Assembly (NCBI GenBank): GCA_021848365.1
Contig: JAJZUS010000001.1
Span: 540,608-604,607, forward strand
Direction: 5' to 3'
DNA length: 64,000 bases
From: Actinomycetes bacterium
GTDB taxonomy: Bacteria > Actinomycetota > Acidimicrobiia > Acidimicrobiales > RAAP-2
Under the pieces are notes generated by a model. The model saw only the letters and a program-made list of their open reading frames with translations, ran no database searches and was not told where the DNA came from. This document shows, piece after piece, positions 1-8,238 of this stretch. Each line of letters starts with the position of its first letter. Positions within the stretch are counted from its first letter, which is position 1. Both the position numbers and the translations under genes were made by a program.

Positions 1-88
1 TCGACGCGGCGGACGCGAAGCCCACCACGGCCACACCCAACGTGACGGCATACGCCACGCCGAGCGTGATCTTTGACTTGAGTGACAT
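1..88 (-). CDS. N-terminus of a secreted/exported protein, truncated by the window edge
   Basis: ATG at 88 with GGGAGGA RBS (93-100). Reads MSLKSKITLGVAYAVTLGVAVVGFASAAS: basic N-region, hydrophobic core, AxA site. Not in the ORF track. Confidence 0.7.
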   Translation of the reverse strand, partial: MSLKSKITLGVAYAVTLGVAVVGFASAAS

Positions 89-875
89 GTAATTCCTCCC
101 CTGATGAGCGCTCGCACTGCACACGAGCGCTCCCGGATGATGTCATAGAAGTGCGAAAAGTCAAGAGAGTCTGTATAGCAAAATCGCCTATAAAAAATAC
201 TTCCATATGATTGATTTCATAAATCCGTAGTCTGATATTCTGTGTGTTCTGTCGAATAATCTCGTCAGATCTGAACACCGCGCGCACCTGATCTCCGGTA
301 GTGGGGGGAAGACCATCACGCTGGCACTCGCGGTGGGACGTCGCGTCGTCACCCTCGTTCGTGGGGGTTCCTCGGTCCCGGGGGGAGGGCGACACGATCG
401 TGTGGAGTGCGCCGCGCGAGCCACGTCGGGAGCGGGGGTCTCGCGACGTTCCTGGTGCCGCGACCTCGAGACTCCCGAGTCAACGTCCGGGTCGGGGGAA
501 GCGTGACGCCTGTCAGATTCGACCCGCATCGGCGACGACGTGTCCAACTGTTCGGAGGCCGACCAGTGACAACGCCGGTGTGAAGGGGCGTGCGGGAGGT
601 CACCGACGATGGACGGCCTCGGTGGATGCGGCGGCGCACGAGGGGGACATCACGGGCGTCGAGCCTGATCGTGAACTCGGGGGTGCCCGTGTCGCGCCCC
701 GTCGCCCTCGTGGCGGGCGGCGACGGCGAGGCGGCCCGCGAGGGCCTCTCCGTGAACGTCCGGTCCTCGAGCGGCTCTCGGCGCCCCCAGCACGGGCCGA
801 CTCCGGGGACCGGAGGCCGCTGGGGTTCCTGAGCGACCGATCCGCGGGGGACTTGGCAGCGTCGGCGCGCTTGGC

Positions 876-942
876 TAACGTGGCTCCCTGAGGTGCCGCA
901 GTGGTTCCCTCTCGAGGACAGTAGAGAAGTTAAGGAGGCCTC
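876..942 (+). promoter_or_regulatory. csp promoter (-10 TAACGT) and structured 5' UTR
   Basis: TAACGT at 876-881. 903-910 is complementary to 950-957, and 913-917 to 939-943. Confidence 0.5.
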
Positions 943-1143
943 GTGCCGCAGGGAACCGTGAAGTGGTTCAACGACGAGAAGGGTTGGGGGTTCATCGCCG
1001 TCGAGGGGCAGCCGGACGTCTTCGTCCACTACTCCGAGATCCAGTCCGAGGGACGCCGCACCCTCGTCGAGGGACAGACCGTCAGCTTCGACATGGAGGC
1101 CGGCGAGCGCGGACCGCTCGCCAAGCGCGTCGTCCTCGGCTGA
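943..1143 (+). CDS. cspA: Cold-shock protein (CSD family)
   Basis: [15 protein letters not shown] (RNP1) and VFVHYS (RNP2); 66 aa; AAGGAGG RBS at 932-938. Confidence 0.97.
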   Translation: MPQGTVKWFNDEKGWGFIAVEGQPDVFVHYSEIQSEGRRTLVEGQTVSFDMEAGERGPLAKRVVLG

Positions 1144-1167
1144 CTTTCCGGGGGGTCCCCCCGCGGT

Positions 1168-1200
1168 TAGAGTGGTCCCCGTGGTTACCGGAGGGTAACC
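1168..1200 (+). promoter_or_regulatory. -10 box and palindromic operator upstream of the acyl-CoA dehydrogenase
   Basis: TAGAGT at 1168-1173; GGTTACC-N4-GGTAACC at 1183-1200. Confidence 0.55.
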
Positions 1201-1222
1201 CTAGCGAATGGCGGGGTGAGCC

Positions 1223-2437
1223 GTGGCGGACTTCTCGATGGCACTGAACGACGACCAGCGCACGCTGCGCGACTGGGTCCACGGATTCGCGGCCGACGTC
1301 ATGCGTCCGGCCGCGGCCGAGTGGGACGAGCGCGAAGAGACGCCCTGGCCGATCATCGAGGAGGCCGCGACGCTCGGCATCTACTCGCTCGACTTCCTGG
1401 CGAACGCCGTGCTCGACCCGACGGGGCTCTCGTTCCCGATCGTCCTCGAGGAGCTCGCCTGGGGCGACGCGGGGCTCTGCATGTCGATCATGGGCAGTTC
1501 GCTCGCCGTCGCCGGGATCATGGCGAACGGCACGCCCGAGCAGCAGGCCGAGTGGATGCCCCAGTGCTTCGGGACCCCGGGCAATCTCAAGCTCGCGGCC
1601 TTCGCCGTCTCCGAGCCCGACGCCGGGAGCGACGTCTCGAGCCTGCGGACCCGCGCCGTCTACGACCAGACGACCGATGAGTGGGTCCTCAACGGCGTGA
1701 AGACCTGGATCACCAACGGCGGGATCGCCGACCTGCACGTCGTCGTCGCCTCCGTCGACCCCGAGCTCGGCGCGCGGGGCCAGGCCTCCTTCGTCGTCCC
1801 CGAGGGGACCCCGGGGATCCGCATGGGTCAGAAGTTCAAGAAGATGGGCATCCGCGCGAGCCACACCGCCGAGGTCGTCCTCGAGGACTGCCGCGTCCCC
1901 GGACGATGCCTGCTCGGGGGCAAGGACCGCCTCGACGAGCGCCTCGCGCGGGTGCGCGAGGGCAAGAAGGCCTCCTCCCAGGCGGCCATGGCCACCTTCG
2001 AGTCGACCCGGCCCGGGGTCGGGGCCCAGGCCGTGGGCATCGCCCGCGCGGCCTTCGAGTACGCGCGCGACTACGCGAAGGAGCGCCGCCAGTTCGGCCG
2101 GGCCATCGTCGAGAACCAGGCCATCGCCTTCAAGCTCGCCGACATGAAGATGGCCGTCGACGCGGCGCGCCTGCTGGTGTGGCGGGCCTCGTGGATGGCC
2201 GCCACCCGCACCCCCTTCGAGAGCGGGGAGGGCTCGATGTCGAAGCTCTTCGCCGGGGAGGCGGCCGTCAAGGTCACCGAGGAGGCCATCCAGATCCTCG
2301 GCGGCTACGGCTACGTGCGGGAGTACCCGGTCGAGCGGATGCACCGCGACGCGAAGATCTACACGATCTTCGAGGGCACCTCGGAGATCCAGCGACTCAT
2401 CATCGCCCGCGCCGTGACGGGAGTCCACGTCCGCTGA
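1223..2437 (+). CDS. Acyl-CoA dehydrogenase
   Basis: [45 protein letters not shown] (catalytic Glu); 404 aa. Confidence 0.95.
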   Translation: MADFSMALNDDQRTLRDWVHGFAADVMRPAAAEWDEREETPWPIIEEAATLGIYSLDFLANAVLDPTGLSFPIVLEELAWGDAGLCMSIMGSSLAVAGIMANGTPEQQAEWMPQCFGTPGNLKLAAFAVSEPDAGSDVSSLRTRAVYDQTTDEWVLNGVKTWITNGGIADLHVVVASVDPELGARGQASFVVPEGTPGIRMGQKFKKMGIRASHTAEVVLEDCRVPGRCLLGGKDRLDERLARVREGKKASSQAAMATFESTRPGVGAQAVGIARAAFEYARDYAKERRQFGRAIVENQAIAFKLADMKMAVDAARLLVWRASWMAATRTPFESGEGSMSKLFAGEAAVKVTEEAIQILGGYGYVREYPVERMHRDAKIYTIFEGTSEIQRLIIARAVTGVHVR

Positions 2438-2475
2438 ACGTCCGGACGCGCCGGGGACCCAGCGGCTCCTCGGCA

Positions 2476-2497
2476 ATGTGCTACAATTGACGCACAT
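2476..2497 (+). promoter_or_regulatory. vapBC operator palindrome containing the -10 box
   Basis: ATGTGC-TACAATTGAC-GCACAT; TACAAT at 2482-2487; overlaps the antitoxin ATG at 2496. Confidence 0.65.
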
Positions 2498-2768
2498 GAA
2501 GACGATCGGCATTCGCGAGCTCCAGCAGAACGCCTCGGCGGCTCTGCGCCGCGTGGCCGCGGGCGAGTCGCTCGGCGTCACGGACCGTGGTCGTCTGGTG
2601 GCGGTCTTGAGTGCTCCGTCGATGGCGACGGGGGCGGCCGCGCTCGTCGCCGCGGGCCGGGTCCGGCCCGCGCGACGTCCCCCGACGTCGCTGCCCGAAC
2701 CCACCGTGGTCGCCGAGTCGACCCAGGCGGTGCTCGAGGAGTTGCGTCGCGAACGCGGTGAGGCGTGA
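2496..2768 (+). CDS. vapB: Phd/YefM-family antitoxin (VapB)
   Basis: MKTIGIRELQQNASAALRRVAAGESLGVTDRGRLVA fits the Phd fold; GTGA overlap with the PIN toxin; start moved to ATG 2496. Confidence 0.9.
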   Translation: MKTIGIRELQQNASAALRRVAAGESLGVTDRGRLVAVLSAPSMATGAAALVAAGRVRPARRPPTSLPEPTVVAESTQAVLEELRRERGEA

Positions 2769-3151
2769 TCTGGTACCTCGACACGTCGGCCTTCTTGAAG
2801 GTCGTCGTCGCCGAGGCGGAGTCGCCCGCCCTGCGACGGTGGTTCGCGCGCCAGGACGAGGTCTGGTCGTCCTCGCTCCTGCAGACCGAGGCGCTTCGCG
2901 CGGGCGCTCGGCTCGGTCTCGCGAGTGACGTGGTCGAGGAGGCCCTCGAGACGATCACGCTCGTCCTCCCGACGGCGTCGACCTTCTACGTGGCGGGACA
3001 GCTGGGACCGAGCACCCTGCGCTCGCTCGACGCGCTGCACCTGGCGACGGCGCTCGAGCTGGGGTCCGACCTCGCCGGCGTCGTGACGTACGACGAGCGA
3101 CTGGTGGAGGCCGCGAGCCTCGCGTCGGTCGCGGTGCTCGCGCCACGCTGA
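2765..3151 (+). CDS. vapC: VapC PIN-domain ribonuclease toxin
   Basis: YLDTSAFLK, EA, LRSLDALHLATA and TYDERL supply the acidic PIN residues; 128 aa. Confidence 0.93.
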   Translation: MIWYLDTSAFLKVVVAEAESPALRRWFARQDEVWSSSLLQTEALRAGARLGLASDVVEEALETITLVLPTASTFYVAGQLGPSTLRSLDALHLATALELGSDLAGVVTYDERLVEAASLASVAVLAPR

Positions 3152-3200
3152 CGCGACGACTCGAAGGCCGCGTCCCTCGTCGCTGACACTGACCAAGACC

Positions 3201-3464
3201 TTGACGGAATGGGGTGGGACCAGCGCCACCCAGTCGATCACGGTCTCGTGGTCTCGGGTCCCGGGGGCGACCGGGTACCGCTGCCGCCTGCTCGGGTACG
3301 TCGGCACCCCGGTCCCCTACGCCGAGCCGAGCCTGACCTCGCTCACGACGACGGCGACGCGCTGCGCCGTCGGGAGGCTCCCGCGCACCTTTCGCTACGC
3401 GGTCGCGGTGTCCGCGCTCTCGGTCCTCGGCGAGAGCCAGCCCGCCGTGGTCACGGAGCCCTGA
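3201..3464 (+). pseudogene. Isolated fibronectin type III-like domain, probably a C-terminal gene remnant
   Basis: SITVSWSRVPGATGYR and YAVAVSALSVLGES match the FN3 pattern; TTG start only, no RBS, no signal peptide. Confidence 0.45.
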
Positions 3465-3482
3465 GCCAGAAGACCCCGACCC

Positions 3483-4898
3483 TCAGCGACTGACGATGAG
3501 GATCGTCTCGAGGGAGGAATCGCTGCAGTAGGCGATGCGGCACGTCGTCGCGGCGGCGGCGATCGCGTCGAGGGCCTCGCGGGTCACGAGCTCGCCCGGG
3601 GCGAGGAGGGGGACCCCGGGGGGGTAGGGGCAGAACTGCTCGGCGCTGACCTCGCCGATCGCCTCGCGCAGGGGGACCCGGCGCCGCTCGCGCAGGAAGG
3701 CCTCGCGCGGGGTCATGGCGACCTGGGGCTCGACCCGCCAGATCGAGAGGGGCGAGGGACGGCGGGCCTCGCCCCGGTGGGCCTCGATGAGGTCGCCCAG
3801 GAGGTCGGCGAAGGCGACGATCCACTCTGGCTCGTCGGCGACCGTCGTGGTGAGGATCAGGGTGTCGTGGTCGGCCGACTCGGGGCCGTGGCCCATCCGC
3901 CAGAGCGCCTCGCCGACGGCGACGCCGTCGGCGCCGGTGCCCGGGAGGACGAGGGTCAACTTCGTCGGGTCGACGGGACACCCGGCCGTCTCGTCGTTCA
4001 CGACGACGAGTCCCGGCACGCGCGCGAGGCGCTGTCGGGCCGTGGCGACGGCCTCGATCACGACCCCGAGGCGACGCCCGGCGTCCTCCTCGAGGGCCGC
4101 GCGCGCGCCGTCGATCGAGGCCATCAGGGTTCCCGAGGGCGAGGTCGTCGAGGTGAGGTCGACCCAGCGATCGAGGGTCGAGCGGGGGATGATCCCGGTG
4201 CGCATGCTGACGACGGCCGTCTGGGTGTAGCCGAGGAGGGCCTTGTGGACGCTCGTCACCGAGAAGTCGGCTCCCTGGGCGATCGCCCCGCGACCGGGCA
4301 GGAAGTCGAGGTGGGCCCCCCAGGCCTGGTCGACGACGAGGGGCTCGCCGTGCTCGCGCGCGACGGCGGCGAGCGCGGGGACGTCGGAGATCGTGCCGAC
4401 GTAGGAGGGGGAGGTGACGAAGAAGCCGTTCACTCGCTCCGGGAGGTCGGCGAGGGAGCGGGGCGACATCCCGATCGGGATGTTGAGCTCGGGGTGGATC
4501 TCGGGGTAGACCCAGAGCGGTCGGGCGCCGATGAGGACGAGCCCGGCCTGGGTGCTGCGGTGCGAGGTGCGGTCGATGGCGATCGGGGTGTCCTCGTCGC
4601 CCACGGTCGCGAGGGCCGCGATGTTGCCCTGGGAGGAGCCCCCAACGAGGAATCGGCTGTGCTCGGCCCCGACGGCGCGGGCCCAGAGCGCCTCGGCCTG
4701 CCCGAGGTAGTCGTTCGAGTAGGCGTTGTCGTCGACGCCACCCTGGAGAGGGATGTCGTCACGCACCGTGTCGCCGACGAGCTCGTGGGCCCACCCGGGC
4801 GCGTCGTCGAGGTAGCGGAGCTTGTGCCCCGGTACCTGCATCGGGCGACGCCGCTCGGCGCGCGCTCGGCGCCAGGCGTCCAGCAGTGGCTTCTCCAT
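3483..4898 (-). CDS. PLP-dependent Orn/Lys/Arg decarboxylase family protein
   Basis: MQVPGHK, FLVGGSSQGN, DRTSHRS, VDQAWGAH, SVHK (PLP lysine), C-terminal CPYPPGVPLLAPGE; AGAAGGA RBS. Confidence 0.92.
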   Translation of the reverse strand: MEKPLLDAWRRARAERRRPMQVPGHKLRYLDDAPGWAHELVGDTVRDDIPLQGGVDDNAYSNDYLGQAEALWARAVGAEHSRFLVGGSSQGNIAALATVGDEDTPIAIDRTSHRSTQAGLVLIGARPLWVYPEIHPELNIPIGMSPRSLADLPERVNGFFVTSPSYVGTISDVPALAAVAREHGEPLVVDQAWGAHLDFLPGRGAIAQGADFSVTSVHKALLGYTQTAVVSMRTGIIPRSTLDRWVDLTSTTSPSGTLMASIDGARAALEEDAGRRLGVVIEAVATARQRLARVPGLVVVNDETAGCPVDPTKLTLVLPGTGADGVAVGEALWRMGHGPESADHDTLILTTTVADEPEWIVAFADLLGDLIEAHRGEARRPSPLSIWRVEPQVAMTPREAFLRERRRVPLREAIGEVSAEQFCPYPPGVPLLAPGELVTREALDAIAAAATTCRIAYCSDSSLETILIVSR

Positions 4899-4967
4899 GA
4901 TCCTTCTCTCGCTATCGGCTGGCTCGTTCGGGGCGTCCGTCTCGCGCGGCCCGCGGACGGTCTCGCC

Positions 4968-5852
4968 TCACTCCTCAGCGAGTCCCGCGGCCAGCTCGTC
5001 GCGAGACTGCTCGATGCGCTCCATTCGTCGGCGCGCCGACGACCCGAGCCGGGCGAAGAGTCCGGCGACGAGGAGGTCGGTGACGGCGATGACCGACGCC
5101 ATCGAGTCGAAGGAGCTGACCGACTCGACCGCGGCGGGCAGCACGACGTCCGCGACGGCCGAGATCGGGGACATCCACGGATCGGTGACGAGGATGATCG
5201 AGGCGCCCCGTTCGGCCGCCAGTCGGGCGAGGGCGATGACGTCGTCCTGGTAGCGGCGGACGTCGTAGACGACGCAGACCGTGCGCGGCCCGACGTCGGC
5301 GAGGAAGCCCGACTCGGGCTGCTGACTCCACGAGAGGAGTCGGGTGTCCGGGCGCAGGAGGCGCAGCTGGAGGTCGAGGTACTCGGCCCCGAGCCGGGTG
5401 AATCGCCCGCCGAAGGCGATCACGTGGTGTCGCGGGTTGGCGAGGAGCGTGACGGCCCGGTCGAGGTCGGTGGGGAGGATGGTCGTCATGGTCCGGCGCA
5501 GTCCGGCCCCGAGGATCGACCAGGCTCGCTCGCAGAGTTGGTCGGCCGGGGCGTCGGCGACGTCCAGGGTGAGCGGGGAGGCGCCCCGCACGGAGAGCTC
5601 GGCGCGTATGGCCTCCTGGAGCTCGCGGTAGCCGGGGTAGCCGAGTTGGACGGCGAAGCGCACGACCGTGGGGGCACTCACCCCGGCCCGGCGAGCCAGC
5701 TCGGCCGAGGGGTGCAGCCCGGCCATGGGGTAGTCGGCCATGAGGGCGCGCGCGATCTTGCGCTCCCCGGGGGTGAACAGGTCGGCCCGACTGCGGAGCC
5801 GCTCCATGACCGAGCGGACGTCGCCCTCGGTCGTCGCGTCGCTCGGAGCCAC
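4968..5852 (-). CDS. RpiR/MurR-family transcriptional regulator (HTH + SIS)
   Basis: FTPGERKIARAL..SAELARRAGVSAPTVVRFAVQLGYPGY HTH, followed by an SIS domain. GTG 5852 is 6 nt after TACGCT (5859-5864). Confidence 0.9.
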   Translation of the reverse strand: MAPSDATTEGDVRSVMERLRSRADLFTPGERKIARALMADYPMAGLHPSAELARRAGVSAPTVVRFAVQLGYPGYRELQEAIRAELSVRGASPLTLDVADAPADQLCERAWSILGAGLRRTMTTILPTDLDRAVTLLANPRHHVIAFGGRFTRLGAEYLDLQLRLLRPDTRLLSWSQQPESGFLADVGPRTVCVVYDVRRYQDDVIALARLAAERGASIILVTDPWMSPISAVADVVLPAAVESVSSFDSMASVIAVTDLLVAGLFARLGSSARRRMERIEQSRDELAAGLAEE

Positions 5853-5933
5853 GTCCGTAGCGTACCGATGGGCCCGCCGCTCGTCCGGCCGCTCCCGACG
5901 GACCGGCGCGGACCGGGCTCGCACGACGTCGTC

Positions 5934-6725
5934 CTAGAGCGCCGACACGGTCGTCGTGAGGTCGCTCCGTCGCACCCGCAGGATCGAGTCGGGCGGCAGG
6001 GTCTCCCACTCGCCGGGGAGACCCGAGTGGGCCGCGACGACGCCGCCGGGCCGCTCCGACCAACTGAGGTCGAAGTACCGGTCGAGGTGGGCCGGCGGGA
6101 TGTTCTCGGGCGCGCCGCAGGACTCCTCGAGATCGTCCGTCGGCATCGGCATCCCGGTGTGGGAGTGGACGACGCAGAGCTCGTCGTCGGTGAGGACGAT
6201 GGCGTTGAGACTGGCCACGGGGGCGAACGTGCGAATCGTCGCGACGGTGGCCCGCAAGGCGTCGGCGAGGTCGGGGTGGTGGGTCAGGGACTGGAGGAGG
6301 AGGAGGAAGTAGAGCTCGGAGTCGGTGTCACCGCGCCGCAGCGCCCGCTGCTCGACGTCGAGCAGCGGCTCGATCTCGTCGTGCTCGGCGACCGAGCCGT
6401 TGTGGGCGAAGGCGATCGGTCCGCGGGGGTGGGCGACGAAGGGATGGGTGTTCTCCTCGCGCACCGGCAGGCCGAGGGAGGCCCAGCGCAGGTGCACGAG
6501 GCCGGCGTGAGATCGATCACCGCGCAGCGCCGCGAGGTGGTCGTCATCGCGCGCCGCGCGAGGGGAGCGGTAGACGGCGACCTCGCCGGGCGAGTCCGAC
6601 ACCGCGTAGCCCCAGCCGTCACCGTGGAGTCGCGACAGGTCGACGAACTCGTCGAAGGCGGCGTCCCCGAGGACCCCGGTGGCGCCGGACGGCGTCGTGG
6701 ACGCGAAGCACATCAGCCGACACAT
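5934..6725 (-). CDS. Class II glutamine amidotransferase (Ntn hydrolase, YafJ/EgtC-like)
   Basis: N-terminal MCRL (Cys2 nucleophile), HGDGWG, HLRWAS, ENTHPF, FAHNG, GDTDSE; GGGAGG RBS. Confidence 0.9.
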   Translation of the reverse strand: MCRLMCFASTTPSGATGVLGDAAFDEFVDLSRLHGDGWGYAVSDSPGEVAVYRSPRAARDDDHLAALRGDRSHAGLVHLRWASLGLPVREENTHPFVAHPRGPIAFAHNGSVAEHDEIEPLLDVEQRALRRGDTDSELYFLLLLQSLTHHPDLADALRATVATIRTFAPVASLNAIVLTDDELCVVHSHTGMPMPTDDLEESCGAPENIPPAHLDRYFDLSWSERPGGVVAAHSGLPGEWETLPPDSILRVRRSDLTTTVSAL

Positions 6726-6746
6726 TTCCCGCCTCCCGGTTAGTTG

Positions 6747-6799
6747 TGTTTCGTTTCATGCGATGCTATCGTCCGCGACAATGAATTCTAACGTTCATT
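6747..6799. promoter_or_regulatory. Divergent promoter region with a candidate operator
   Basis: Locally AT-rich; AATGAA-N8-TTCATT at 6780-6799 enclosing TAACGT; an extra GTTTCAT half-site near 6753-6759. Confidence 0.5.
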
Positions 6800-6849
6800 T
6801 GACGCGATGGCTCTCCCGACCGGGAGACGAGCTCGTCGACTACACGCCC

Positions 6850-8190
6850 GTGGCCGACGAGGCCATGGTCAGCGCCCTCGAGGGGGAACTGCGCGGCCGG
6901 GGCGTACGGACCGTGCGGGGCACCTTCGTCGACTCCTCGGGGGTGCTGCGCGCGAAGCAGGTGCCCCTCTCGCGGCTCGGGGCCTTCAACCGCTCCGGAC
7001 TGGGCGCGTCGAACTCCTGGGCCGTCTTCGGCGCCGACGACCTACTCTGCATGACCCCGCGCTTCTCGGCCGTCGGCGACATGCGGCTGCGCGCCGACCT
7101 CGACACCGTGGTCGACCTCGGCGAGGGGGTGGCGTGGACGCCGCTCAGCCTCGTCGACCAGGACGGCGTCGCCCTCGACTACTGCGCCCGCACCGTCCTG
7201 CGGCGTCAGATCCGCGCGGCGAACGAGGTCGGGCTCTCCGTCGTCGCCGCGACCGAGGTCGAGTTCACCGTCTACGACGCCGAGCGCCGCCCCCTCGGGG
7301 GTGCCTCCTACGGGTGGACGCGACTCAGCGGCTACGAGCCCTTCGTCGACGCGCTGTCCCGCTCCCTCGAGAGCGCCGGGGTGCCGCTCGAGCAGTTGCA
7401 CGGAGAGTACGGCCCGGGCCAGTTCGAGCTCTCGGTGGCTCCGGCGAACCCCCTCGCCGCGGCCGACCTGAACGTGCTGGTGCGCGTCGTGATCTCGCGG
7501 GTCGCGCGCTCCTTCGGCTACGCCGTCTCCTTCTCGCCCAAGCCCTTCGCCGACGCCATCGGCAACGGGGCCCACTCCCACCTCTCCTTTCGCCGCGAGG
7601 GTCGTCCCCTCCTCTCGGGGGGCGACGGCCCCCACGGCCTCACCCCCGAGGGGGCGAGCATCGTCGCGGCCTACGTCCGCTACCTCCCCGAGATGGTCGG
7701 CGTCCTCGCGTCGTCGGCCCTCTCGAGCACGCGCCTGCAGCCCTCGACCTGGTCGGGGGCGTACGCGTGCTGGGGTCTCGAGAACCGCGAGGCCGCGGTG
7801 CGGCTCTGCGCCGCGACGCGGGGCAACCCCCACGGCGCCAACGTCGAGGTCAAGTGCGTCGACCCGGCGGCCAACGTCTACGCCGCCTACGCGGCGCTCG
7901 TCGGGGTCGCTCGTCGCGCGCTCGAGTTCCCGGAAGAACTCGGACCCGAGACGACCGTCGACCCGGCGGACCTCAGCCCGGCCGAGCGCGACGCGAGCGG
8001 CATCACCCTCGTGGGAGCCGATCACGCGGCGGTGCTCGACCGGTTCGAGTCCTCGAGCGCGATGCTCGAGGTCCTCGGTGAGGCCTTCGTCGAGACGACC
8101 CTCGCCGTGCGGCGTCACGAGGCCGACCTCGTCGCCGCCGAGGGCATCGCGGCCGTCGCCGAGCGCCTGACCTTCGCGTGGTCGGCCTAG
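6850..8190 (+). CDS. glnA3: GlnA3-type glutamine synthetase-like gamma-glutamyl-(poly)amine ligase
   Basis: GLGAS, EVEF, EQLHGEYGPGQFE, GNGAHSHLS, WGLENREAAVR, NVEVK..DPAAN and the AWSA terminus match M. tuberculosis GlnA3 as I recall it. Start uncertain (6781, 6850 or 6865). Confidence 0.85.
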   Translation: MADEAMVSALEGELRGRGVRTVRGTFVDSSGVLRAKQVPLSRLGAFNRSGLGASNSWAVFGADDLLCMTPRFSAVGDMRLRADLDTVVDLGEGVAWTPLSLVDQDGVALDYCARTVLRRQIRAANEVGLSVVAATEVEFTVYDAERRPLGGASYGWTRLSGYEPFVDALSRSLESAGVPLEQLHGEYGPGQFELSVAPANPLAAADLNVLVRVVISRVARSFGYAVSFSPKPFADAIGNGAHSHLSFRREGRPLLSGGDGPHGLTPEGASIVAAYVRYLPEMVGVLASSALSSTRLQPSTWSGAYACWGLENREAAVRLCAATRGNPHGANVEVKCVDPAANVYAAYAALVGVARRALEFPEELGPETTVDPADLSPAERDASGITLVGADHAAVLDRFESSSAMLEVLGEAFVETTLAVRRHEADLVAAEGIAAVAERLTFAWSA

Positions 8191-8238
8191 CCGGAGATTT
8201 CGTCGCAGTACCGAGAAACAACTAGGGGGGAAGGAAGC

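Noticed and set aside
301-891. 196-aa ORF as a real gene
   Set aside because: No RBS or -10 spacing, biased composition, and it runs through the csp promoter.
5934-6725. Ergothioneine biosynthesis gene egtC
   Set aside because: Same fold, but no egtA, egtB, egtD or egtE in the window.
3777-6743. 988-aa plus-strand ORF, and similar long ORFs such as 1082-3307 (-), 57443-59680 (-), 58006-59604 (+), 30576-33413 (+) and 20486-22132 (-)
   Set aside because: Shadow frames of motif-bearing genes. They are Arg/Gly/Pro-rich with no domains, as expected in stop-poor GC-rich DNA.
6850-8190. Housekeeping glutamine synthetase (glnA1)
   Set aside because: It has the GlnA3-type N-terminus and AWSA end, lacks a recognisable adenylylation loop, and sits in an amine-metabolism context.
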